Source of the DNA: a virus | Taxonomy: Duplodnaviria > Caudoviricetes | Direction: 5' to 3' (one strand) | Virus record (IMG/VR): IMGVR_UViG_3300033069_002007 | Span: 20,908-84,907 of that record | DNA length: 64,000 nt | Part shown: positions 47,658 through 57,620 of the stretch, in pieces | Layout of the letters: each line of letters opens with the position of its first letter | Numbering within the stretch: the first letter of the stretch is position 1 | Translations under genes and position numbers: made by a program | The notes under the pieces: generated by a model | Told to the model about the DNA's origin: nothing | The model's input: the letters and a program-made list of their open reading frames with translations, nothing else | The model's database searches: none

Positions 47658-48651
47658 AATACATTGTCTTTTTCCTAATATGGTTGACTCAACTTCCTTT
47701 TATCGAGGGGTTGGACCAATGTCTAAACTTAGACACCTTATGGATGTTAGATTATCTACTGATACAAATATTTCTTGGGCATCATTAGCTTGGAACGATA
47801 TTCTTTTTGTACAGAGACCATGGGGTAAAGCATTTCATAAAGCATGTGTTATAGCGATGAATAATCGAATTCCTATTTGGATTGATTATGATGACTATTT
47901 ACTAGATATTCCTGATTGGAATCCTAGTAAAAGATATTTTAGCAATACTCATGATCAAAAAGAAATGATTGAAATGATTCAAATGGCTTCAGTCGTTACA
48001 GTTACAACTGAAGCGTTGAAGAAAAAATTTCTAAAACATAACCCTAATGTTTTCATCGTCCCTAATGCGTTTGATGATTATATGTTCAAGTTTGAAAAAT
48101 GTTTTTCTAAAAACAGTATCATTAACTGGAGAGGCTCAACAACTCACAGTGAAGACCTTAAAACTATAATTCCATCATTAAGAAATGTTCAAAGAGAATT
48201 AGATAAAAATGAAGATGCAGATTGGATGTTTCATTTCATCGGAGAGGATTGTAGTCTACTAAAAGGTTTAGTTAGATACAAAGAAGCAAAACCTTTGGAT
48301 CCTATAGAATACTTTCACTTCATAAAAAATGAATTGAATCCTTTGATCCAGTTGGTTCCATTAGTTGACTGTGAGTTCAATCATTCTAAATCCAATATTG
48401 CTTGGATAGAAGGAATATATTCAGGTGCAGTATCGATAGCTCCTTCAGTGTTTGAAGAATTTAGACGTCCTGGTTGTTTTAACTATGATTCCTATGAAGA
48501 TTTTGAAAATGTTTTAATTGCTTGTACTAGTGAAGACTTAGAGGATTTTTATAACCAAGGTTATGATTTTATTGATAACAATTTGAGACTTTCAACAGTA
48601 AATAAATTACGAGTTGATATTATTAATGCTCTTATGGATAAAAGTAAGTGA
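47638..48651 (+). CDS. Second GT-B glycosyltransferase-like protein
   Basis: FYRG, IDYDDYL, VTVTTEAL, VPNAFD, WRGSTTH, FNHSKSNIAWIE. Confidence 0.7.
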   Translation: MMTHAPRIHCLFPNMVDSTSFYRGVGPMSKLRHLMDVRLSTDTNISWASLAWNDILFVQRPWGKAFHKACVIAMNNRIPIWIDYDDYLLDIPDWNPSKRYFSNTHDQKEMIEMIQMASVVTVTTEALKKKFLKHNPNVFIVPNAFDDYMFKFEKCFSKNSIINWRGSTTHSEDLKTIIPSLRNVQRELDKNEDADWMFHFIGEDCSLLKGLVRYKEAKPLDPIEYFHFIKNELNPLIQLVPLVDCEFNHSKSNIAWIEGIYSGAVSIAPSVFEEFRRPGCFNYDSYEDFENVLIACTSEDLEDFYNQGYDFIDNNLRLSTVNKLRVDIINALMDKSK

Positions 48652-48690
48652 TTTTTATTTATTAATTATAGGATCAAATCAGGAGTATGT

Positions 48691-48861
48691 ATGGAAGAAA
48701 AAGTTAAGAAACCTAGAAAACCTAGACAAACAAAAGCTATTCAACAAGGCGAACAGTCAGTTGATAAACATCAATCGTTTCAAGCTGAAACTCAAGTTTC
48801 AGTTGTAGTGGAAGAAAAATCTTTGTTTGATATCATTAAAGGTTGGTTTGGTTTAAAATAA
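48691..48861 (+). CDS. Small hypothetical protein, 56 aa (MEEKVKKPRK...KGWFGLK)
   Basis: Manually translated; AGGAG SD at 48681. Confidence 0.6.
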   Translation: MEEKVKKPRKPRQTKAIQQGEQSVDKHQSFQAETQVSVVVEEKSLFDIIKGWFGLK

Positions 48862-48885
48862 CCAAACCAAATCAGTAGGAGAAAA

Positions 48886-51045
48886 ATGTTAGTTCTTAGA
48901 CGATTAAAAATAAAAGATTTTAAAAACATTCCTTATTTGGAAATTGACTTTGAAAATTATAACCTTATTTCTGGTAATAATGGATCAGGTAAAAGTTCCA
49001 TACTTCAAGCAATAAGATTATTACTAACTAATACCCTACCAGAAAAACTAGCTGAATATATTAGATGGGGACAAGAAGGATTTGAACTTCAGTTAATATT
49101 TGAATTTCAAGGAATTGAATACTCCTATAAATATGAGTATGACACTTCATCTAAGAAAGAGTTAAAATTCAATGATGTCGTTTTAAAAGGAACTGATGCT
49201 AGTTCTAAACTAGAAGAATTCGTAAATGCTGAATTACTTCTTTACAGTTCTATCTCTGAACAAGGACAAAGTTATTCTATATTAAATGAAAGTCCTGCTA
49301 AGAGATTAGAACGATTTAAAACAATTCTAGGAGTTGAAAGACTTTCCAGAATAATTGAAGTCGCAAAAGAAAAAGTAAAGCTAAAAAAATCTGAAGCTGA
49401 TCTATTGGATAAGGAAGTAAAAACTCTTCAAGGAGTTAAATATTCTTATTTTGAACAAATAACTCTACCAGATATTCAGGCAATACAAGCGGAACTTGAA
49501 AAACAAGAAAAAGAGAAAGCGGAAAAAGAAGAATTTGATAAGATTAAACAAGAATGGTCTATAAGGAAATCAGAATACGACAAAACCATAACTAGACAAG
49601 AAGAGTTAAACTCCTTGATTCAATTTAAGAAGTCTGAAGTATTTGGTCTTCAGAAAGTTGATTTCAATATTGAAACATATAATAATTTATTGACTCAGAA
49701 ACAAACGGAAGAGCTAGAGGAACAAAAGTATAAGACTGAACGATTACAATACTCTAACTATAAGAAGTCTCTATCTGAACTACAGTCCGAACTAGATAGA
49801 TTAAATGACAATAAACTCAAACATAGATTATTTAGACTATCTCCTCTATCATTCTCCAAAGAGGATTTAATTAAGTTAAACGAACTTATTAACAATTTAA
49901 AAGTTGATCTTAAACAAATTGATAATCACATCCTCTTAGCTAAAGAAGGTAAATGTTCAACATGTGGTCAAGATTTTAAACACTCTCCTGATGAACTCGA
50001 AGCAAAGAGTTTTACTATACAGGAACAAATAAAAAATTTAGAGTCAGAGAGTCAAGATAAAAGACAACAACTAATTGATTACGATAAAAAGGTTGAATCT
50101 AATAAACAAACAACTGAAAAAGTAAAAGAAATTGATTCGGATATAGAACGAATAATTTTAAAGTTAAAACAACTTACTATAGTAAATGAACCGGTTGAAA
50201 AGACATTTAATGTTTCACATATAGATGAACAAATTAAAAGTTTGAAGGAAGTTAAAAACTTATTTGATTCTTGTCAGACTAAAGAAAAAGAATTATTAGA
50301 TGCAATAACTAAGTATGAAATTGAGTTAAAAACTCTATCTACCACTGATCCAGGAGAATCACCGGTTCAACCGAGACGATTTGGGTTCGATAGCATTAAA
50401 TATGAAGAGTTAAAAAAAGAAATAAATATATACGATCAAAAAGTAGCTGAGAAAAAACGTATAGAGGAACATAACGATAAGATTGAGAAAGAAGAAAAAG
50501 AAAATAAACTTAAGATCAAGGATATAGAAACTCAGTATTATGCTTGTCTAGGTGAATCCAAAGAATATGAGGAAGCTCGTAATATCCTAGAGAAAAACTT
50601 TTCATCCTTCTTGATTGAAAAAGGGACTCAATATGTTGAGTCTAAAATGAATTCATTCTTTCAAAAATGTTATCCTAAATACTCAGTTCTATTTAAACAA
50701 ACAGAAAATAAAAAGAGTATCGATTTCTATTATACCGACAATGAAACCGAAACTATAGCATCAGCATCACTTTGTAGTGGATTTGAAAAACAATTGTTGT
50801 CGATAGCATTTAGAGTAGCTCTTGCTTCAATTACTTCAATGGGATTCTTGATCCTAGATGAGGTTGACTCAGATGCTAGTTCTGAGAATTCTATCTCCTT
50901 ATATAGTAATTTGATTGATTCGGATATATTTTCACAACTATTGGTTGTGTCTCATAAAGCAGAGACTAAGGAAATGCTTGTAAATGAATATTATGCTAAA
51001 GAAATAAATCTTATGAATGGGGAAATGACGGAACATACTAATTAA
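48886..51045 (+). CDS. sbcC: SbcC/Rad50/gp46-like SMC ATPase
   Basis: GNNGSGKSS, coiled coils, CSTC zinc hook, CSGFE signature, ILDE, VVSH. Confidence 0.92.
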   Translation: MLVLRRLKIKDFKNIPYLEIDFENYNLISGNNGSGKSSILQAIRLLLTNTLPEKLAEYIRWGQEGFELQLIFEFQGIEYSYKYEYDTSSKKELKFNDVVLKGTDASSKLEEFVNAELLLYSSISEQGQSYSILNESPAKRLERFKTILGVERLSRIIEVAKEKVKLKKSEADLLDKEVKTLQGVKYSYFEQITLPDIQAIQAELEKQEKEKAEKEEFDKIKQEWSIRKSEYDKTITRQEELNSLIQFKKSEVFGLQKVDFNIETYNNLLTQKQTEELEEQKYKTERLQYSNYKKSLSELQSELDRLNDNKLKHRLFRLSPLSFSKEDLIKLNELINNLKVDLKQIDNHILLAKEGKCSTCGQDFKHSPDELEAKSFTIQEQIKNLESESQDKRQQLIDYDKKVESNKQTTEKVKEIDSDIERIILKLKQLTIVNEPVEKTFNVSHIDEQIKSLKEVKNLFDSCQTKEKELLDAITKYEIELKTLSTTDPGESPVQPRRFGFDSIKYEELKKEINIYDQKVAEKKRIEEHNDKIEKEEKENKLKIKDIETQYYACLGESKEYEEARNILEKNFSSFLIEKGTQYVESKMNSFFQKCYPKYSVLFKQTENKKSIDFYYTDNETETIASASLCSGFEKQLLSIAFRVALASITSMGFLILDEVDSDASSENSISLYSNLIDSDIFSQLLVVSHKAETKEMLVNEYYAKEINLMNGEMTEHTN

Positions 51046-51109
51046 GTATCGGTTTCTAGAAAGTTGCAAGCGATCTAGAAACCTAAAATACAGAACTGAG
51101 GTAACAGTT

Positions 51110-52132
51110 ATGAATCCTACTCAATTAGTATCCAATCCCAAAAAATATTATTATTTGGTTTATCAAACTACGAACTTAGTTAACGGTATGATTTATGTTG
51201 GAGTTCATGCAACAAAAAATATAAATGATAACTATTTAGGAAGTGGTAAATACCTTTGTGATGCAATAAAACAATTTGGAGTAGATAATTTTAAGCGAGA
51301 TATTCTCTTTCTATGTTCCTCAAAAGAAGAAATGTTAGAAAAAGAAAAACAAATAGTATCTAATGAATTTAGAAACAGACAAGACACTTATAATAAAAAT
51401 ATAGGAGGAGGTGGAAGATTTAATGCTTTAGGATTAGAGGTTCCATTGGAAACTAGGAAAAAATTAAGTGAATTTCAAAAAGGGAAACCTAAACCTCGTT
51501 GGAAATTAGAAAGAAGAGAAAAAATGAAGGAATCTATGAAAGACAAAATATGGATTCATAAAAGAGAAGGGGAACTTTTGACTTCTACGATGATTAAGAA
51601 ACATTTGATTCAGACATATATAGTAGATATGGGATGGTTAATTGGAAGAGGTAGACTTCAATCAAATGAGGAAAAATTAAAACGAGCTAATTCTAATCGA
51701 GGTAAAAAAAGAAGTAAAGAATATTGTGTCTATAGGCGAGAAAAGATGACTGGAAATAATAATATTGCTCGTACTCACCCTAAGTCTAAAGAATCTTATC
51801 GAAAAATAGTTAAAACAAGAAGGAATAACAGTTCAAATTGGCATTCAGAAGAAACTAAGAAAAAAATAGTTGAAACTAGACGAAGGAACGGATCGTATAT
51901 TGTTACTCAAGAATCAAAGGATAAAATGAGTAAAGCACATAAAGGAAAACCAGGACATCCTCATACACAAGAAAGTAAAAAGAAGATTGGTGAAGCAAAT
52001 AAAAAACATAAGGGTAAATTTCAATGGTTAACTTTTGATAATAAAAATTATCAAATAAAAACAGAATTAGTACAAAAGTATTTATTATTAGGTTATGTTA
52101 AAGGTAGATTAAATTTTAATCCTCATAAATAG
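51110..52132 (+). mobile_element. Free-standing GIY-YIG homing endonuclease with NUMOD3 repeats
   Basis: LVY...IYVGVH...YLGSG; HSEETKKKI / HTQESKKKIGEA repeats. Confidence 0.88.
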
Positions 52133-52196
52133 TATACAAAAAAATATTTATTAGATAACTATCAAGCAAAGTTTATTGAATTAGGAGAAAATAACG

Positions 52197-53273
52197 ATGA
52201 GAGTAACTAAAGAAGGTCTGAAATTCCTGAAGGAATATATTGGAGTAATTGAAACATCAACTACTCTAGGTGACAAATTAAAGATTGAAGTTCAAAAAGG
52301 AAAAGTAACATATAGTCAGAAAAGTAAAGATGTTACTCTGATTACAACTGTAAGTTCAGATACAGCAGAAGAATTTAGTTTATTAGTTCAGACTAAAATG
52401 TTTTGGGATTTCCTAAATACGATTAGTGATAAGGATGAATTAATCATTACTGAAAAAGGAATCTCTTTAGGAGAAGATAAGAACTATACTTTCGAGTCAT
52501 ATACTTTAGAGTTTCCAAATGTTCAAAAATTATTAACTGAAGTTGAATCAGTTAAAACTGATGGATCAACTATTACTTTTGATTTCAAAGACTTTGACAA
52601 ACTAGCTAAGATTAGCAAATATATCGGTAAAGATTCATTAGAAACTGTTGGTCTAATGAAAGATAAAATTTTAGGGACCGACAAGATTCAAATCGCATAT
52701 TGTGATTCTTCGGTTACACTAGTGAAGAATTATTTTATTTCTAGGTCAGCTATAAACTTAATTCTGTCTCAAAAAGGTAAAGATTCTGTTCGTATTTTCT
52801 TCTCCGATAAATTCTATACCATTACTGTAGATCAAACTATCTGTGTATTTGAATGGAAAACCTATAGTGTTCCTGATCTATTTGATACTAAACCATACTC
52901 TAATTTTAATCAAACTGATTTTATTCGAGTCAATCGAGCTGAATTAATGACTGCGTTAACTCGTATGAGTTTTTTCGTATCTAGTAATCCTTCAAATAGA
53001 GTATTTGTAACAGTTAATGAAGATAATCTACTAATTGAAAATAGAGACTTTAACAAATCGTATGAAAAAATAACTTTACTAGATAAGAATAAGAGTTTAG
53101 AAGGATCATTGGTTGTTCTAAATTGTAAAAACTTAATTGGGTTTATTTCAACTCTAGAAGAGTCTGAAATTTCTATTTTTATTAACTCAGATGCAACTGC
53201 TAGAAAAACAGTTAGATTTGAAGACTCAAGTAAAACATATAAATTTGTTCACGTTAAATTAAAAGAAGATTAA
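52197..53273 (+). CDS. dnaN: DnaN-like beta sliding clamp
   Basis: ~360 aa three-domain size, GTDKIQIA, VNRAELMTALTRM, LNCKNL; linked to dnaX and polymerase. Confidence 0.7.
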   Translation: MRVTKEGLKFLKEYIGVIETSTTLGDKLKIEVQKGKVTYSQKSKDVTLITTVSSDTAEEFSLLVQTKMFWDFLNTISDKDELIITEKGISLGEDKNYTFESYTLEFPNVQKLLTEVESVKTDGSTITFDFKDFDKLAKISKYIGKDSLETVGLMKDKILGTDKIQIAYCDSSVTLVKNYFISRSAINLILSQKGKDSVRIFFSDKFYTITVDQTICVFEWKTYSVPDLFDTKPYSNFNQTDFIRVNRAELMTALTRMSFFVSSNPSNRVFVTVNEDNLLIENRDFNKSYEKITLLDKNKSLEGSLVVLNCKNLIGFISTLEESEISIFINSDATARKTVRFEDSSKTYKFVHVKLKED

Positions 53274-53274
53274 G

Positions 53275-54135
53275 ATGCAAAAACCAAAAGGGAGAATAAA
53301 TGACTGGTTGATCAATGACGAATATTTGAGTCAACTGTCAATTAATTCTGAACATTTTAAAACAACTTGTAAAAAACTATATACTGCTTTGTTAGGTCTT
53401 CCTTCTCCTATATATAGTGACTGGATAGATAAGTCAAAACAATTTTACTTTTCTATCGGAAACAAATATTGTTATGTTCCTTATAATCCTGATATTAGTG
53501 AGTTTGATTTTCCAGAAATAGTTAATCGATGGGCTTATAAATTCTATCCTGGTTATGAAGTGGATATACAATTTGATAGACCTATGACTTCAGATGAAAT
53601 AACTCAAAAGATATCTGAAGGAGCAGATCCTGATACAGTATTTAATCTTAAATTTTCAGATAAGAAAAAAGAAAGATTCAAAATTGAAAAATTAGTTATT
53701 AGAGACGACCAAATAAATGTTAAGATAAATAAGCAAAGATTCATCTTAATATCTAGACCGGATATGCCTTTGAGTCGATTTATTTCTAACTTTAGAAAGA
53801 TTACTGATGATTGGGAAAGAAAGGCATTTGTAACTAGATATACAAAAAATATTCTCGAAGTAACTCACTATAAGAGTATAGAGATTAAGTATACTGGTAA
53901 AGTGTTGGAAAACTTTTTTAAGATACGATTAGGGTTCCTACTAAATATTCCTTTTCAAGAGTCGAATCAAGAAATGGTTTATAAATGGGGTCGTTTCATT
54001 ATTTATTTCTCATCCCCGGAACAATTAGATAGATGCAAAAATATAATTAAGTTTTACAAACTTGAATATAAGAATAAGTTTAATTATGAGAATTATTTAC
54101 GAAAAGAGTTTGGGGTAGTAATAGGTATAAAATGA
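53275..54135 (+). CDS. Hypothetical protein
   Basis: 286 aa ORF. Confidence 0.6.
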   Translation: MQKPKGRINDWLINDEYLSQLSINSEHFKTTCKKLYTALLGLPSPIYSDWIDKSKQFYFSIGNKYCYVPYNPDISEFDFPEIVNRWAYKFYPGYEVDIQFDRPMTSDEITQKISEGADPDTVFNLKFSDKKKERFKIEKLVIRDDQINVKINKQRFILISRPDMPLSRFISNFRKITDDWERKAFVTRYTKNILEVTHYKSIEIKYTGKVLENFFKIRLGFLLNIPFQESNQEMVYKWGRFIIYFSSPEQLDRCKNIIKFYKLEYKNKFNYENYLRKEFGVVIGIK

Positions 54136-54407
54136 GTAAATGGGAAAAATCTATACAGTTCAAAAATATTCCTGATTGGCAGTACAAATTGAGTACTGCT
54201 GCTCTTGAACAATTTGGCGAAGAGGAATGTAATAAAGGTGTTAGTATATCAGGAGTTACCTTAAATCTTAATTGGAAAAATTTTAATTTTAATCAAGAAA
54301 GACTTAAGGACTCTCTTTACTCTGAGTCTAAACCTAATGGATTGGTTGATAGTAGACGAGTTAACCGGGATAAAAATATAGTCACTGAGGAATTAGTCAG
54401 ACCTTAA
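54132..54407 (+). CDS. Hypothetical protein
   Basis: Coupled ORF. Confidence 0.5.
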   Translation: MSKWEKSIQFKNIPDWQYKLSTAALEQFGEEECNKGVSISGVTLNLNWKNFNFNQERLKDSLYSESKPNGLVDSRRVNRDKNIVTEELVRP

Positions 54408-54412
54408 TTTTA

Positions 54413-54420
54413 ATACTAAT
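54413..54420 (+). promoter_or_regulatory. Representative of recurrent ATACTAAT motif (putative late promoter)
   Basis: Copies at 114,41063,42858,51035,54413,55733,57572,61065,63602 (+) and 108,1890,60926 (-); variants at 5517 and 44970. Confidence 0.75.
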
Positions 54421-54424
54421 AAGT

Positions 54425-55732
54425 ATGGTTAATGTTGAAACTACATTTAGAGAAGCGGTTAAGATTTCTCACGAATTAGGAAAGAAAGGTAGTTATAGTT
54501 TTGTTGTTGAAACTTTTTCCTTGCTATCTGGTCTTCAAGAAGCAGATGCAAGGAATAGTCTTTATGATTATTTATTTCAAAGATTTAGTTCAAGTAAAGA
54601 ATTAACCATAGAATCATTCATCGATAGTATGTTATTACTTGATGATACTCCTCAAATAAAATCAAGTCTAACCGTTGTCCCTGAAAAACCAGTCGATGAG
54701 GAGCTAAGAGAAGAAGTTGAACAAGAAGAAACAACAGAATCAATATTACCCACTGAGGTGACGGACTTCTTTAAACAAATAGGTCTTCAGGGTCTAGATG
54801 AGGAACAAGCTGAATTATTTTTATACAGATTTCAAGATGTAGTAGCTTCGTATATTGATGATGAAGATTTACTAAAAATAATGGTATACTTATTCTATAC
54901 CGGTAACTTTGAACCAGAAAAACTATCTGAGGGTGAAGTAGAAGAGTTGAGACAAATAGTCTCAGCTTTTACTAGTGAACCAAAAGATTTGAAAGAAGCT
55001 AAAGAGGAAAAATCGAATGTTAAAATAGGAGCAGTTACAACTTTAGTTGCTGCTACTTTATTATTTGGAATCGGTGGTCTCTTAGTAGCTGGTTTATTCC
55101 TAGCATTGTCAGGACAATCAGATAAAGACTATGCTAGTAGTAAAGAAGATTTAACCAATGATGATGCTGTTGAAAAAGTAAAATCCGGTCAATCACCAGT
55201 AGATGATTCAAAGAAAGAAGAGATACAAGATAAACCTCAAGTTCCTGCTAGTGAAATAAAAGATAAACCTAAAAATTTAATACAAGCGATATCAAATGAT
55301 TTAAGTTCTCTTAAGGATAATATAAAATCTAAAGTTACTAGTGCTGTAGAGAAAGGTAATCAAGCTATAGTTTCAGGATATGAGAAAACAAAAGATGTTA
55401 TATCTCATCCAGTTGAAACTGCTAAAAAAGTTGGTACAGCAGTTAAAGATACTGTCACTTCAGCAACTGATTTCTCCGATACTACTGGTGGAGCAGTTGA
55501 TGATGTAGCAAAAGATGAAAAATCGGTTACCCCTGATGAACAACCAGTTCAACCTAAATCCAAAAAGAAATCATCAAAGAAAGATAAAGATTTAGATCCT
55601 GATGCTTATCATAAAAAATATGGTGAATGTCCTGATGGATGGGTTTGGGATAGTGATAAGAACGCTTGTGTTAAGAATTCTAAAAAACCTAAAAAAGAAT
55701 CTAACGAATTGTTAAGCATTTTAATACTATAA
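54425..55732 (+). CDS. Late membrane-anchored protein with low-complexity linker and C-terminal CP-G-W-C motif
   Basis: TM segment IGAVTTLVAATLLFGIGGLLVAGLFLAL; CPDGWVWD...CV; ATACTAAT upstream. Confidence 0.6.
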   Translation: MVNVETTFREAVKISHELGKKGSYSFVVETFSLLSGLQEADARNSLYDYLFQRFSSSKELTIESFIDSMLLLDDTPQIKSSLTVVPEKPVDEELREEVEQEETTESILPTEVTDFFKQIGLQGLDEEQAELFLYRFQDVVASYIDDEDLLKIMVYLFYTGNFEPEKLSEGEVEELRQIVSAFTSEPKDLKEAKEEKSNVKIGAVTTLVAATLLFGIGGLLVAGLFLALSGQSDKDYASSKEDLTNDDAVEKVKSGQSPVDDSKKEEIQDKPQVPASEIKDKPKNLIQAISNDLSSLKDNIKSKVTSAVEKGNQAIVSGYEKTKDVISHPVETAKKVGTAVKDTVTSATDFSDTTGGAVDDVAKDEKSVTPDEQPVQPKSKKKSSKKDKDLDPDAYHKKYGECPDGWVWDSDKNACVKNSKKPKKESNELLSILIL

Positions 55733-55786
55733 ATACTAATTAGAGAGGAATTGCGAATCCTCAATAATTAATAGGAGTTGTATTAT

Positions 55787-56425
55787 ATGGCAACATCAAT
55801 CGCTCGTGGTGGAAAATCTTTTCTACAAACAAGAACTTTAACATCTCAGGATGTTAACTCATTTATTGATTTGGTTTTTAAAACCGATTCAATCGTTAAG
55901 CTAACACAAGATTCACTAGTTGGTCTAGGTTCTGGAGTATATACTTCAGATATTTCCATTGGTGGAAACTCGATTAGTTTAGCAGCAACTGGTTCACAAG
56001 TAACAACAATTGCTGAATTAACTGCTAAAATAAATTCACAAGTATCATCTTATGCTACTGCAGTGTTTATTGAAGCAGAACAAAGAATCAGAATTATTGC
56101 TAATGCTTCTGGAAACGTAGCAGTTGCAGTATCTTCCGTTGGGACTCTTCCTGGAGCAATCGTAGGATCAAGTCAAGTAGGTATTAGAGCTTCTTGGGGA
56201 ACACCTCTAGCAGGTGGTGGGGTAAACTTTGAACTTTCAAATGTTGCTTCTTCAACAAATCTAATCACTGCAGGATATTTAGTTCAGGCAACTTCATCTG
56301 CTGGAGCAGATATAGCTGTCACAAGAACTTATGACTCCTCAACAGGAATTCTGCAAGTTAAAAAATTTAGTGGTTCATTCGTAGCAACAGATATTGTTAC
56401 TGTGGTTGGAAATATTCTAGGTTAA
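55787..56425 (+). CDS. Virion structural protein (G/S/A/T-rich beta protein)
   Basis: Composition, late motif, AGGAG SD 9 nt before ATG 55787. Confidence 0.6.
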   Translation: MATSIARGGKSFLQTRTLTSQDVNSFIDLVFKTDSIVKLTQDSLVGLGSGVYTSDISIGGNSISLAATGSQVTTIAELTAKINSQVSSYATAVFIEAEQRIRIIANASGNVAVAVSSVGTLPGAIVGSSQVGIRASWGTPLAGGGVNFELSNVASSTNLITAGYLVQATSSAGADIAVTRTYDSSTGILQVKKFSGSFVATDIVTVVGNILG

Positions 56426-56433
56426 ACTTAATT

Positions 56434-56475
56434 GCTCCTTATCATAGAATGGATGTTATGATAAGGAGCTTTTTT
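56434..56475 (+). terminator. Intrinsic terminator whose 3' arm contains the SD of the next gene
   Basis: GCTCCTTATCATA-10 nt-TATGATAAGGAGC-TTTTTT. Confidence 0.85.
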
Positions 56476-56479
56476 AATT

Positions 56480-57565
56480 ATGTCAGAGAATTATTACCCT
56501 AGTCCAAATCGCAATTATCCTGATTTAGTTCAAAGTCATGTAGACACAATAATAGTCTATGTAGCATCAATTTTATTTCCCAATGAATTTATAACTGATC
56601 CTAAAAAAGCATATAACAGAATACTCATAAGTGATGTAAATGCCGGAACAAACATATCACTAGGAGATGCGGTACAATACTTTAAAACCATGAATGATCA
56701 CTTTCCATTTGTGGCTTATAATGTTGGAGATCCCGCTCCAGCAGATGATTATGGTTTTCCTTCAGCACATACAGTTAATGGTATACTATATAGTCCTGAA
56801 TTAGATGCATATGTTAGAACTTTTCCTATGAAGTTAGAACTACAATTTATAGCATTCTATGCTGACTCTTTAGATGCCAATAAAGCAATGACTATATTAG
56901 CAGCTGATTCAGTTGCATTATCTAGACTTTATACTCCTGCTTTACTAGATGATATCGAAGTAACATTACCGATTGACTTAACTTATTTGTTTTCTAAAGC
57001 ATCTTTGAATAAAGAGTTTGAACAACATGTAGGTTTCGGTAGAATTTGGGATGTTATCTTTAGTATAGAAATTAGATATATGGATTTTATTATAGATGAG
57101 TTACCTCTAGTTGGTACAAATATAGTAAAAGATTTAGCTGGAGTTTATCCTACACAAATAAAAGTTGGTAAAGTAGATGATCTAGTCTTTAGATTATTTA
57201 AACAGTATGGAGCAAGAATTGGAGATTCTATATTGGATTCTGAAACTTCTGTTCCTGATGATTTACGAGTAGTCTCTACTTCTCCTATAAATAATAAAAC
57301 TGGAGTATCTTTGACTTCAGAAATAGCAGTAACGGTAAATAATAAAGTTAAGCCTGAAACTGTAGTATCATCAATCAAGATTGAACCATATGTAGATTTT
57401 AAAGTATACTATAATATCAATTATACTATTATCAATATTAAAAATAATGCAGTATCAGGATTCTCTTCTAAAACAACATATACTGTAACAATAGATGAGT
57501 CCTTATTAGATGAGAATTCTAAACATCTAGAAGAGCCTTATGTGTTTAGTTTTACAACTATTTAA
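56480..57565 (+). CDS. Tail terminator/completion-like protein with C-terminal Ig-like (Big_5-type) domain
   Basis: Immediately before sheath; VVSTSPINNKTGVS...YTVTID...FSFTT Ig-like pattern. Confidence 0.55.
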   Translation: MSENYYPSPNRNYPDLVQSHVDTIIVYVASILFPNEFITDPKKAYNRILISDVNAGTNISLGDAVQYFKTMNDHFPFVAYNVGDPAPADDYGFPSAHTVNGILYSPELDAYVRTFPMKLELQFIAFYADSLDANKAMTILAADSVALSRLYTPALLDDIEVTLPIDLTYLFSKASLNKEFEQHVGFGRIWDVIFSIEIRYMDFIIDELPLVGTNIVKDLAGVYPTQIKVGKVDDLVFRLFKQYGARIGDSILDSETSVPDDLRVVSTSPINNKTGVSLTSEIAVTVNNKVKPETVVSSIKIEPYVDFKVYYNINYTIINIKNNAVSGFSSKTTYTVTIDESLLDENSKHLEEPYVFSFTTI

Positions 57566-57620
57566 AAATACATACTAATATTATTATAAGTTATTATAAT
57601 TACATATTAGAGGTTTCAAC

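Noticed and set aside
48886-53273. Second fractured gene around the GIY-YIG at 51110
   Set aside because: SbcC is complete (Walker B and H-loop present) and the clamp starts cleanly; no intein motifs
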